Source: Antechinus flavipes (lineage: Eukaryota). From it: 64,000 bases of DNA. The notes beneath the pieces were generated by a model. It was not told the origin of the DNA, ran no database searches, and saw only the letters and a program-made list of their open reading frames with translations. Shown one piece after another: positions 1 to 27,930 of the stretch (position 1 is the first letter of the stretch; each line of letters begins with the position of its first letter). The stretch is taken from the NCBI RefSeq assembly GCF_016432865.1, contig NC_067402.1:219356001-219420000 (forward strand), given 5' to 3'. Made by a program: the position numbers and the translations under genes.

Positions 1-277
1 GATAGAAATCTGACCAGTTCCGGCATTAACTGGCCAAATGAGTGTAAATAGCCACACGAATTATCTTAGCCTTTACAAGATGTAAGGTTGCTAGCTGTAG
101 ACTAACTTGGAAAAAATGGCGCCTACTCCCAACTTTCCTTTGCTCCTTTAAAAAAAAAAGCCAAAAACCTGACCGGGCCTGACACCATTACAACTTCAGG
201 GCTCTTTTCATTTCCCCTGCACTCAACTGTCCCCGCCTTTATAAAATGGTGAAAGGCCCTTAGGAAGTTTCGGATTA

Positions 278-799
<522 letters not shown>

Positions 800-824
800 C
801 TTGGAAGCCGGGAGAAGAAAAAGG
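800..824 (-). promoter_or_regulatory. RPS26: 5' terminal oligopyrimidine (TOP) tract / 5'UTR of RPS26
   Basis: Minus strand CCTTTTTCTTCTCCCGGCTTCCAAG directly precedes the ATG; typical of ribosomal-protein mRNAs. Confidence 0.8.
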
Positions 825-846
825 ATCCGGCTTAGCGTCCGTCCTT

Positions 847-855
847 CTTATATAT
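847..855 (-). promoter_or_regulatory. TATA box of RPS26
   Basis: ATATATAAG on the minus strand about 25-30 nt upstream of the TOP tract. Confidence 0.7.
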
Positions 856-1056
856 CCAGAGATCCATGCGCCAACACATGCGCGCAGACAAAGTTTATCA
901 TCAGAAGATAAACCAATCCCAGGATTCACTCAACAAAAGGCCTTACTCCTTAAGAGACCAATCCCTTAAGTTCAAAGAGATTTCTGGTGTTGTTTTCGTC
1001 TTAGAGAAAGAACCCCGAGGGACTGTTTTCGTTACTCGTGGAAGAATACATGTAAA

Positions 1057-1257
1057 ACTACTTTCCCAAGAGGCTCCTCGAAGCTTTGACTTTCCCAGAA
1101 GCGCTTGCTGGGAAGTATAACCGGTCAGCTGTAGTGTCTCAGGGCACGCCGGGAGTTGTAGTCCGCTGGCTAAATTAAGTCAACATGAAAGATTGCCTTT
1201 TGGGAATTGTAGTTTGAATGAGCAGGTAAGCCTACATGTGCGATTGAGGGATGTAGT
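1057..1257. promoter_or_regulatory. Cluster of ZNF143/THAP11-type ACTACAnnTCCC motifs upstream of RPS26
   Basis: ACTACAACTCCC (rc 1151-1162), ACTACAATTCCCA (rc 1201-1213), variants at 1057-1068 and 1248-1257. Confidence 0.65.
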
Positions 1258-2044
1258 TCAGAGGTGACCCTTGGGCCTCTCCTCTCTCATCCCCTCCCCA
1301 AACCTTATCTTCCATATGCTGCATTTCTGTTCCCTCAATCTTTCATCGTGGTCTCAGTATCCTTTTAAGAATGGAGACAGAAAGGCGAACGATGAAAAAG
1401 CTATTCCCCACTCCCACCATAGGAAAAAAAACTCCCTTACTAATATATATTAATGTCAGGGGCTCCCTCTTACTCCCAGGATGAAATAGAAAAATTCTCC
1501 TTTGACAGCTTGGTCCCCTTATTCCATTCGAGTTTTCTTCCAAAACTCTTTTCCTCCTTCCTCTCCTCCTTCTCTACGATTCACTTCTCCTTAGGGCCTA
1601 GACTTGATACAGCTGAGCTGAGGCATTTGACCCGAAGCGTGGACCCCCCTCCTGGGTTCAGTGGAAGCTTTCAGCAGCTGCTTCCTGGCCCCGCTGTGCC
1701 GGACTGTCTGCGGTAGCTAGCCTATTACTCGGTGAAGTCCCATGCTTTCTCTCTTCCCGCTCTGAGGCAGAAAAGAAGTCTCTTCTGATAGCAATCCAGG
1801 AATGAATAGTTCTCTCCAATTCCCATTCCAGGATTTAAAAACTCTTGATTGTGCCAGAGCCCATCCTGACATTTAAAGTCAATCTCTCAAGCTGTAGCAG
1901 TTTCCTTTGGGTAGTATTTCTTGCTTAGTCTCTCCCAAAACTCTTGATACATAGACCAAACTGCTTATTATCGAAGGACAAACATATCAATAAAGTCTTT
2001 TTCCTCCTCTCCAGAACAGCAAAGCAGGGGAAGTTTGAAAAGAC

Positions 2045-5000
2045 AGGCGGTGTTAAATTACTCATGTTTATTTATAACAGACCTTCAGCCAGTACAGTAC
2101 AAAACTTACAGTAGTATATTCTTCCTTACACAAATATTTACTTACAATATATTACAGATACAAAACGCTTCGCAGTTAAGTCTCAAAAGCAAGTTTGACT
2201 CCCCTTAAGAAGGGAAAGAACTCTCAAAAAAAAAAAAAGGAAGGGGGACCCAGAAGAGGAGAGAGGACAAGAATCAAGAAAGACACCAAGTCTAGGATGC
2301 AAATGAAAACCCTGGGAAAGAGGACAGAGTTGGTATTGCACTTTATTCTTTTTTTCTTTTTTTGTTTTGTCCATCATAATGTCTGATTAAAAATATATAT
2401 ATATATAATATGTACACAAGGAAAGAAGCTGCTAGGAGTGTTACAAAAATCCCTCCACAGCTTGGAGACAAGACATGGAAAAAAAAACCCAAAAGTTTGG
2501 AAAAGTATCTGTTTAGAAAGGGTTTTGTTGTTGTTTTTGAATTTGTTAGAAAACACCTCTTTCTTCCACATAAAGTTTCAGGGTTTTTTTTCCCCCTTTT
2601 TTTCCTTCTTTTTTTTTTTAATTTTAATTTTTTACAAAAGGAGCCGGGAGGAGGGGTAAGCACATTTGAGGTCCCAGAGCCAAGGAGACTCTGGGGAAGT
2701 AGGGTTTTGTCCTTAAGACCCTGGTTAAAGTGCAGTGATGATCTGGAAAATGATGGAGTCCCCTTCTTCCCCTACTTAAGAATCTTATCTTGCTCCCAGC
2801 CCCCACGTCTCCACTCTCCTGGGCATAGCAATAGCCTCAGAACATGATATTTTTGTTTGTTTTCTTTTGAATTTTTAGGGGTAAGAGGACCACAGGTTTG
2901 CCAGAGTAGAATGGGGAAAGGATGTGGGTAGGACCGTAAGGCTCTGATCTCCCTGGAAGGAATAGTCCCTATGGGGAGTCACTATCACAAGCAGAATACT
3001 GTAGTAGTTCCCAGTTAAGAAAGGGGAGGAAGTAGAAAGGGGCTCAATGTCCAAATCTGCTCTGCAAAAGTAGAGTAGGGAGGTAGGAGAACAGTGTCCT
3101 GCTAGAAATAAATTTCCCTTACAGATCCTTCCATCCTTCTCCTCTACTCCTGTCTTTGTTCCCCTACCTCCCACCTCCCTGACCTTGGCAGCATCTGTTT
3201 ATTGCTACATTGTCCAGGAGGAACAGATATTTCCTTCACAATGATGCTCCACTCTACACCTCTCTGGGTCTTATCAAGGAGACCTCAAGGTAGAAGAGGA
3301 GAAAACTGTTTTAGGATCTCTTCCCCACATGGGGATGAGACAGATTCCTCTCAAAGGCCCAAGCACCACAATCCTGGGTTCTGTTCCCCCAGCCAACCCT
3401 GCAGCATCCTTCCCTGGGGACCACAAGAGATCCCTGAAGAAGGAGAAAAGGGAGAAGAGGCAGAAGAGGCAGAAGAGGCAATGAGGAAAGGTTGTGGAAA
3501 GAAGAGTGGGAGTTGGAGGAGAAAGGTGAGAGGAAAGAGAGAAGGACCAAGTGTTGCAACTTGTGAGGTGGTTGTGTTATATTTTTTTTTGTTTTTTGTT
3601 TTTTTTGTTTTTTGTTTTGTTTTGTTTTTGTTTTTCTTTAACATAGAAAAAAAAAAAACAGCCTTTGGTTTGAACCTCAAGGAAGCAAGAGAGCCAGGTG
3701 GCTGTGGCCCTGGGCTGGGACTCCATGTACATAGAGATGCTTCCCCTTCCCAGGGGCCTTCACCTATCTCCCAGACCAACAAGAACAGCCAAGCATGCTT
3801 CAGGAACCAGGAGGGAAGTGAATCCCTCCTTCCCTGCTTCCTTGGCACCGGGCATGAAGGAGGCAGTGAAGCAAGCCCTTGGTCCAGATGTGCTGGATCT
3901 ACTCTCCCTGGGGCAGGGATAGGGTAGGGGCAGGGGCACATGCCCACCCTGCAATCATTTTTGGTTATATTGAAATAATTAAAAGTGAGGAAAGAAACTT
4001 CCCATTCTTATGACCACTGACCCTGAGGATGGAACCTCAGAGTCAAGAATGGGATGGTAATCCCTGCTGGGAAGGGGTGAAGGCAGCAAGACTGAAGGAC
4101 TGGGTCTTCTCCTTGTGTTTAGGCAGCAATAGACTTAACTAGTTTTTCATATGGTGGGAAAGCCCCTGAGTGCCTAGAGAGGTTTCTGGGGTGAAGGAGT
4201 CAATTAAAGAAGTATTGAAAGGAAGAGAAGAAACTTTTTTCTCCTTGTCCCCTAGTTCTAATTTGGTGGAGGACCTTTTACTCCCCAATGCTTTAGAGAC
4301 AGAAAAAGGTGCAGACCCAGCTTTCACCCCCTGAGGATATCAAATTGGAGGAAAGCCCCCACCGAGCACACAGACTGGTTGGAGGACCAGAACAGCCCCT
4401 ATGAGGTTGAAGGGAGAGGACCATCACATCCTAGTGGGAGACCCAGAGTGCAAATGCAGGCTTCAGAGTATTCATATTATTAGGGGAACAAGTGAGAGGA
4501 TTCTGAGCCTCACAGTGCCCTGGAGTGAACTGTCAACCCTCTTCTCCCCCCTAAGTGGGAGAATCTTTCATTCATTCATTCAAGAACAGTGCAAGCTGCC
4601 CAAGGTGAGAGGGCAGAGAGGTATGGAGTGCCAGAGTAGGGGTGTCCCAGAGAGGAGAGATAATGCCACAGAGCTATGGTGGGGCCAGGAGGCACCGGCA
4701 CCGGAACTGAGGAATCTGGCAGTGTAAGTGAGGGGTAAGGATCAGGGACAGTAGGAGGCCAATGCCCCTCCAAACACTAGAGAGCTTCCCACCCCATTGT
4801 CCTAGGGAAGTGGAGGAAGCAGGGATAGAAAGGGAAATTAGGCTTGGGCTGGAAAAGAGAATTAGGGTGAAGAATGGCAGCTCTCTGATAGACTTTTCCT
4901 ATAGAGGGCAAGAACCCTCTTACTAAATAACTTAGTGTGAATATGGGAAGTCATAGGGGTTGGGAAAAAAAAGGACTAATAAAAACAGAAGACCTGTTTC

Positions 5001-5240
5001 ATCACAATGCTTAAATAAATCAGCTTGGCAACTGGCATAAAGAAGAGGGTAGAAATGGCGAGGAGTCAAGTGTAAAATCAAGCAGCCAGGGATTATATCT
5101 GTGTGACAGGCTACAAAAGCAAAACTTAGTCAGGTTGCAAAATGGACAGCGGAGGCAGGGGTAAGAGAGGAGGGGTGGACACCTCTGAAGATAGGGGTAA
5201 AAGACAGGAAGGACTGGGTTGGAGGGAAGGCCAGACATCA
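2045..5240 (-). other. IKZF4: IKZF4 3'UTR (approximate)
   Basis: Lies between the TAG stop (5243-5241) and the AATAAA at 2072-2067; contains U-runs and miRNA seed matches; no obvious TEs. Confidence 0.7.
2067..2072 (-). terminator. IKZF4: Distal polyadenylation signal of IKZF4
   Basis: AATAAA on the minus strand at the end of an AU-rich terminal block; implies a 3'UTR of about 3.2 kb. Confidence 0.65.
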
Positions 5241-20006
<14,766 letters not shown>

Positions 20007-21215
20007 CTTAAAGAGACTTTGCTGCAAGAGAAAAAAAAATGCTATTAGAAGCTGAGTTCTGGGTAAGTAGCAGAAGTGCCTTCCCATAATTTTTGAATAA
20101 GAAGGAATCATGAAGAATGATCAAGATCTTCTTCCTTGTGGCAGGCCTCATTTGATACAGCTCCAGAAAGAGGAGAAAATTTATATTGTGCTCTGACAAG
20201 AGGAGGAAAAGAATATTTTGGCTTAAACTCCAAGAAGTATGGGCGCCTGCAACCCATGAGAATTAAGCTTCAGATCATTCCAGAACTGTTCTAGCTGGGC
20301 TTGTTTTGGTGGGGGAAGAAATCCCTCCAGCAGTGGTCTTTAACATGGCAAAGGGAATATACACATCCTATCCACTGGGAGATAGCAGGACTCTCCTAGA
20401 AAGCTCCATCCTCTGGCCAAGAAGAGATCAGTGATATGGCAGTGATGCTGAGAGACGGTCACACTAAGGATTTTCATTGCCAGGCAATGAAAAGGGTGAT
20501 AATGGCGAAGAGGGAGATGGGGAAGAGCAACCATGATAGAATTTAGTGCTGGATTCCCTACAGTGCTAATGAACGTTTTATACATTTAAGTGGCTTTTTC
20601 CCCCTCTAAGCAATTACATTTGCTGTGTTAAAAAACAAAACCTGAGTCTGGGTTTAAAATACAGGTTGAACTGTTTGAAGAAGGCAGGCAATAATTGCCA
20701 ACAGCATGTTCTAAACAAGTTGGTGCTGAGAACAATTAAAAGTGATAATTTGTTGCAATGAATTATCTCCTTAGGAGCTGAATGGGAGGGAGAAAAATGA
20801 GTGTGATTTATAGGAAATTTGCATATGTCCAAAATTGTCCTTACCACATAACAATAAATCACAGGATGATTTGAAAGAGAAGGTGGAGGGAAGTAAAAGA
20901 CCCTGAAGTGGTGAGATTGGTAGGACTGACCACTTTGAAGAATTCCATTTGAGCAAATTCCTGGCTATCCAGTTTGTAACTCATACCAAATCAGGGAAAA
21001 GATCCCTTGAGCATCTATTTTTCCATCTCTTTCTAATTATTTGTAGCTCAGAGAGAGACTTGAGAACACAAATAAAGTTAATAAAAAAAAGACTGATACA
21101 TAGCCAGGAACTGACTTCTGATCATCCAGCAGCTTTCACCTCTATTGCACTAAACTCCAGGTCCTCACCCTCTTCTCCAGAAATATTTAGCAAGTCTCCA
21201 AATCCATAATTTCTT

Positions 21216-21360
21216 TTCTTTTTTTTTCTGAAGTAATTGGGGTTAAGTGACTTGCCCAGGATTACACAGCTGGGAAGTGTTGTGTCTGCCGGCATATTTG
21301 AACTCAGGTCCTCCTGACTTCAGGGCTGATGCTTTATCCACTGCCCCACCTAGCTGCCCC
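21216..21360 (-). mobile_element. WSINE1-like marsupial SINE
   Basis: Reverse complement GGGGCAGCTAGGTGGGGCAGTGGATAAAGC..GAGTTCAAAT with A tail; imperfect TSD tccataatttctt (21203) / tccattatctctt (21361). Confidence 0.8.
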
Positions 21361-24300
21361 TCCATTATCTCTTAATGTCTTTCCCTTAGGTGAGTTCAAT
21401 GAGCTGCAGAACTAACACACAAGCCAAAATAAAAAGGGGCCTCTTAAATCTCTCTATTAATAGTGATAACAGTAGACCTAGCCCATTTATTTAAATATTG
21501 TTCATGTTATGAAATTCACACACAGTACTCAAGGCATAGCTCCCTAAGGTGATCAAAATCATAGGAAGAACACTCTGGAGAGCCATGGAGACTTCTTCCT
21601 TCCCAAACCATTTTCATCATAACACCATTTTGGGATTTACAAGAGCTCAAGAGAGCTCCTCAAAATGCTTTTGCCTACATCTCTTTGGTACTCACAGTAC
21701 CCAAAGAAAATAGGAAAAAGAAAGTAAGATTCTGTCTTCTACTTAGAGAAAATAAGGCCAGTAGAGATGAAGTGACTTGTGCAAAGTCACATGGTGAGAG
21801 TCCAAAACCAGAATGTAGGACATCTGCTGGTTCTTTTCCATTGAACTACTCGAACAGTCAAGTTGTTCAGGATCTTCTTCATAGTTCTTCCTGTTTTCTC
21901 TCTTATTTCTAGCATTAACATCAATTAAACCAATTTTTCCTTTGGTGTCATCTTACAGGAGAGTGGGGATTCACTTCAAAAGTAGAAACAATTGAACCAA
22001 CAAACTTCCCAGGAAGAAGTGATAACTCAATAGTAATTCCCTGGATTAGAGACTAAGCAACAATTAGGTGAACAAAGGACATATGAAAAAATTGCTCTCT
22101 AGTCATTGGATTATGAAGTATTCCTGACTGGGAGTTGCTCAAATAATCCCTGTTAGATTTCTAAAGGAATTTAGATTAATCATCTATTTAGAGGAATCAG
22201 TGCTACTGAGTATCAAAGTGAACTTTCCTGCCTTCTAACCATTCAAACAGATATAACATGTTAGAAGGCAGGAAAGCAATCTTTAATTGATACCAATGCA
22301 AACTGATAACGTCAAAACTGAGAGGATGAGGATTCAGTTACTGCTTTAACTTTAGCACCCTTGAAGTGCATCTTAGCTTTTCTAAGAAAGAGATGAGAAT
22401 GCCAGATATCTCATTCCACCCAATGTGTATAAACTCCTCCTCCTCTAATCTGGATTCCATTTCTTCATGACCAGGCAAAATCTAGTATCTCCTTGGGCAG
22501 AAGAACTGGGCCAAATCTTGCTTTGCCAAGAGTCAAGACACTATTTTAGGTAAAGGATAAAAATAGGAAAAGTTTTGGTTACACAAGACAGCTTTGGATA
22601 AAAGACCCTGGGAAAGAATTGACTTAATGGCAACAACAAATCTTTCCACTTGACACGGATAATGGACAGGGCCAAATTCAGCTCAATTAGCAATTACAAT
22701 CAACTAGATAAAAACCACCTTTCTGAAGGGAAACCAGGGTATACCAAATGTGTAGAAGATGCCACCTCATGTGCGAACCTTCCCGAATCCTTCAGCTCTC
22801 TCATTCCCCTCATCCTCATTCCCCTCTCAAATTACCTTGTATTGATTTATCCTCTCCCACCCCCAAGTAGAATGCAGGCTCTTTGAGAACCGTTTTGTCC
22901 ATGCACCTTGCATATAGTAAAGGGGGGGGGGGGAGAGAACATATATATATTAATCTGTTCAACTAAACTGAAAGAAGATTGTTAATCTTCAGCAACAAAA
23001 TGAGTTTTCTTCTCTGTTTTTCTGACTAGAATGACAATTTATTTCCACTAAACTAAACTTTAGCTTAGCCAGATATTTTTCTACCTCTATCAGTACTATA
23101 TTAATATAAATCCGTATTATCTAATTTGGAGATTTCCCGCCAAGCCCAGTAACCAAGCCCACAAGGGTGGGACTTGTATATGCCAGTAACTTGGTGGCCC
23201 AATCCAGTGTCTGTCTTTCACAGTTCTGCCAATAGCTGCCACCTTCTATGTCTCCGAAATAATATTCCCACAGCTCTAACTGTTAATGACAAAAATGACA
23301 GAGTTGAGTTTACCTAGCTGCATATTACAAAACGTTGAAATAAAGAGTGACAATGGAAATAATTAAAGTGCTTCAAATCCCCCAAAGAATCCAGTGTTAT
23401 TGAGACACTCCCAAACTGGGACTTTTAAAAAGACATGCTGCCTAGATAAAATAAACAAATTAATTGGGAAAGGAGATCTCCCTTTTTACTGTAGCTTTAC
23501 TCAGTCTCCATCAGGGTCCCCTATTCTGATTTGTTCCTAAAGAGAAAAAGGGATAAGCATTCCACTCTCTGGCTAGAAACAAATTTTTTTTTCCCCCTTG
23601 AGAAATGACTTTGGAGGCAAGTTAATGTTCAAATGCTTTAGCCCCATTTTTCTGTGAGATGATGGAACTCATAGAGAGGATAAAGGGGCAGAGATAAATT
23701 AGGTTCTTTTTGTCATTCAGTACAAGAGGAACAAGAAATAGAAAAGCAGAAAGATCTCTTCTAATCTCTCGAGATATGGGATCTCGAGTACACCATGATT
23801 CACTGACAATAGGCAATGCCCTCACCCCTGCATGTATTCACAGTTCCAGTTGAACAAGCAGATCAAAAATACACCTGCTCACTAATGCCTCTGTCTTTTA
23901 CAATCAAAGTTTGGAAGCTTGTGGTTTGGGAATGACACTGTTGTCTTGTTGCTTTAAAACTGTATTTTCATAAAGGAAACATATTGGGTGGAGTAAATTT
24001 GGCAGGTTTCTCATAGAAAGATGTTGGTTAAAGAAGTATCATCTTCTGCTTAGCTCCACAGAGCCTTCTAGGAAACAAATCTAGACACAAAGAGCTTTGC
24101 TGCTCTGAAATGACCTTTAGGGTTAGCTTGTTTTTTCCCCCCCAGGAGTTGACACCCTAAGAGGTAACCTGACAGCCTTTTTTTAGTTTGTGTGGCTATC
24201 TTTTCTGCTGAGGATGCCTGAATAATTTTTTCTTCAGGCTTTAATAGTGATTTCATATTCACAGACAACATAAGAAAGCATTATAGTTTCATTAAATATT

Positions 24301-25705
24301 TGGAGAGTGAAAGGAAGAAATTTCCAAGACATCCTAAGAATGGCTATTCTAAAAATAAGGGATAATAACTAGGAAGATACCACAGTACCAAAGAGGTAGG
24401 AAAATACCATGTCACCCTCTTTTAGATCTCCTATGGCTATATTTTTTCTCTTGCCCCTTCATTTTGCCTCTTTTTCTCATGTGTATTTTAGAAAAAAAAA
24501 AAAGAGGGGGCTAAGGCATATGAGAAGAAAGTAGTAACACCTTCTGTGCTATCCACATATATCTTCTTGCATTTCAGCATAGAATTAGTCTGAACAGTTA
24601 CCACACTTAATTCAGATCAGATAAGACTTCTGGTAAGTTATTTAGCATAGCATTTAACATATTATGTCCTACCTAGACAATAAAATCATATAATTTTAAC
24701 ACTAAAATGTACTTTCAAAATCAGCTAGTTGAATCTTCTCATTGAGAAGTGAAGAAACAAGGCCAGAGAGGTTAGATGATTCTCAGTTCAGTGTTTTTTC
24801 CCATACTAAACCATACCAGCTGCACAGAATTCCAGATTTAGAATGGACCTCAGAGATTTTTTAGTTTAATTCATATCTAAATAGGAGTTATAGGACTCAG
24901 GATAGTCACCAAGCATGAGCTAGGTGGTATCCAAAGAATGGAATTAATTACCTACTAAAGCAACTTATTCTGCTTTAGTACATCATCTAATCCACAGTTC
25001 TTCTTTATTGTGGACTCCTAATTTTGCATCTTTGAAATTTCTACCCATACCCTCTACTTCTGAATTTTGTACCCAAATACTTTCTGCCTTCTACTTGACA
25101 GATTTTAAAATACCTGAACAATTTCTATGTTTTCCCTCAAGTTTTTTCTTCCCTAAACATACCCTAGTCTTCTAATTAATTGATCTTTGTAAGACATTAT
25201 TTCTAGTTCTCTCACTATCCTGAATTCTCTTTCTGGTCATGCTCCATTTTCTCAAAGTCTTTCTCAACAGGTATTATCCAAAATCAAAGTATCCCAAATG
25301 TAGAATGACTCATGATAGGGTTCAATGGGATTATAAAATTCCATCATTTTGGAACCAATGCCTGTTAAAGCAAAGATCTCTTCTTGTTTGGCTACCAGAT
25401 CACACTGATGATTCATTTTAAGTTTACTGTATACTAAAATCCCCCCATTTCTCCCTCACAGACAATGCTGTGAACCATGCTTCCCCTACTTACATAAAGT
25501 TGATTGTTTTGAACTGTATTGGACTGTACATTATCAGATTTAGCTCATTGTCCTACTATGTTCTCATTTAGGCCACATCTCTTTATTTTGTCCACATAAG
25601 GAAAATTTTTTGTCAAATATCATGCTGTCATTAAATATATTATACTTTCTTTATAGCATTTTCTTCAACTACCCATTTATTTCCTCACCTGAAAAATTAT
25701 TTCTT

Positions 25706-26007
25706 ACTGGGTACAGTGGCACAAGGCCTGTAGTCCCTGCTCCTGGCAAGTTGAGGTGAAGACTCGATTTGAGTTCAGGAGTTCCGCACTATAGCAGATC
25801 TAAAATCAATCAGGTGTCCCAACTAAGTCTAACAACAAATTGAAGAACCCTCAGGAGCAAGGGGCTACCAGGCTGCCTAGGGAGGATCAAAATGACCCAT
25901 ATCAGAAGATTCTGTACCAATCAGCAGAAGAATTGGGCCTGAGAAGAGCCAATACGCTTCCATTTTGGGCAAGATAGGGAGATCCAATCTCAAAAAAAAA
26001 AAAAAAA
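25706..26007 (+). pseudogene. 7SL (SRP RNA) retrocopy
   Basis: Colinear with 7SL: Alu domain (gcctgtagtcc, gagttcaggagtt), S domain (ggtgtcc..actaagt, accaggctgccta.ggagg), 3' end gggcaagatagggagatc..tctc, then an A16 tail. Confidence 0.8.
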
Positions 26008-26177
26008 CCCAAAAAACAAAAAACAACTTCTGCAACGGAACACTTCATTTCTTGGTTGACATTAAAAACTTGTATTTCCACTTCTATTTCAATGAACAAT
26101 CTGGGAACACAGCCTGTAAATCTCTGCTATGCAATCTAGCCATGTTGATTCCAAATATGATGCCCAGTGAAAAGACA

Positions 26178-26395
26178 AGGCACCTACGATGCAGTGGAGA
26201 AAATAACAGGCCTGGAGTCAGGAAGATCTGAGATCAAAATTTGTGTCATATATTGGGCAAGTCACTTAACCCTGTCTGCCTCATTTTCTGCATCTGTAAA
26301 ATAAACTGGACAAGAAAATGGCCTATCTTTGCTAAGAAAACCCTAAATGGAATCACAAAGAATACAATATGACTGAAATGACTGGAAGTAGTGTC
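26178..26395 (+). mobile_element. MAR1-like CORE-SINE with RTE-type tail
   Basis: CORE plus atctttgctaagaaaaccctaaatggaatcacaaag...gactgaa. Confidence 0.7.
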
Positions 26396-26494
26396 AAGAG
26401 AGATGTGGAAGAGGCAGACTCCTAAAGACTAGGCAATTGATAAGAAGTGTGAGTGAGTATGCTATCTATATTCTTCAGGTAGCTATATTCTTCA

Positions 26495-26705
26495 GGTAGC
26501 ACAATGGATAGAGCACCAGGCTTGTGATCAAGAAGGTTGAGTTCAAATCTGGCTCTATAACCTTGGACAAGTTACTTAACTCTGTTTCCCTTAGTTTGTT
26601 ATCTGTAAAATGAGCTGGAGAAGAAATAAGAAACCAGTCCAGAGTATCTTCCAAGAAAACCCCAAATGGGGTCAAGAGAGTTGAACACAATTAAAACAAC
26701 AAACA
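26495..26705 (+). mobile_element. MAR1-like CORE-SINE with RTE-type tail
   Basis: atggatagagcacc head, CORE, agtatcttccaagaaaaccccaaatggggtcaagagagttg tail. Confidence 0.72.
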
Positions 26706-27249
26706 ATGAAAAGACAAGATTATTTTGCATCAAAATTGTTCTTTTCCTTAGAGTACTTATATAGATGAATCTTGATTTTTGATGAATCCACAGTCCAAAC
26801 CTTTGTGTGGAAAAGAAAACAGACCCCAATAGTCTGGAAGTAAAACTCATCCCATTTATACAAAGGGTAAACAGGCAAATTAGGATGTATATCTCACTTA
26901 TGTGTCATTACTCAGAATCTACCAGCATGCCATGCTCTGATTTGTTCTCAAAGAGCAAAAATATTGTTTTGGGGGAAAAATGATCCAACTTTACTGGGGA
27001 TGAAACATGAATTCCACCTCTCAGGATAGAAATGATCTGACTACAGATATAGAGTGAAGTATACATTTTCAGACATGGTCAGCATGAGGATTTATTTTGC
27101 CTGTGTTTATGTGTGTAAAGGGAGATTTTATAAGGAAGAGAGGAACATAGGCAAAAGAAAGACAGTGAGGCAAAACAAAAGAAAAGAGCATTAAATAACT
27201 CGTTTTGCTTCATATCTAGCAAATCAGCAAAGATGACAAAAAGTAATGT

Positions 27250-27930
27250 TGAAGAAGCTGAAGATAGGCACACTAATACACTACTGGTGTATATGTGAAT
27301 TAGTGCAACCACTTGGGAAAGCATATTTGGAATTATGGTAACAAAGTGAGTAAAATGTGCATATCTTTTGACTCAAAAATTCCACTCCTATATTATATAC
27401 ATCCCAAGGAGGTCATAGACAAAAAGAAAGGTACCACATACACCAAAATATTCATAGCAGCATTCTTATGGTGGCAAGGAACCGGAAACAAAGTAAATTC
27501 CCATCAATTAAGGAACTATAAAAATTGTAGTATAACAATGTCACTTTTTTAAAATTTTGAATTTAATACCAAATGAGCATTTCCACATACAAAATAGAAC
27601 AGAAAAATAGTATCCCTTGCTTCTCTTGTATACATAAATGTAATGGAATATAGTACAACAAATGATAAATATGAAGAATTCAGAACATATGAACTGCTGC
27701 AGAATTAAGAGAACAAGAAAGGCAATAGAAATAATGACTTACAAAAATATGAAAGGAAGGAAGAAAAAAATCCTTGAATGATATGTAATTATAACAATCA
27801 AGTCTGGTCCTGGGGAAGAGTTGAGAAAATAAACTTCTCTTCTTCTTTGCTTAAGTGCAGGACAATAGGTTAATGAATTGGTTTTGCTGAACTGATTTTT
27901 ATTCTCTTTAAATCTTTTAAAAACAATATT
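27250..27930 (+). mobile_element. L1 ORF2 C-terminus and 3'UTR fragment
   Basis: caaaatattcatagcagcattctt.tggtggcaaggaac.ggaaacaaag..aattcccatcaatt. Confidence 0.7.

Noticed and set aside
3202-3947. Overlapping 241-aa (+) and 198-aa (-) ORFs
   Set aside because: They lie in the IKZF4 3'UTR, translate low-complexity T/A and GA runs, and have no domain or splice support.
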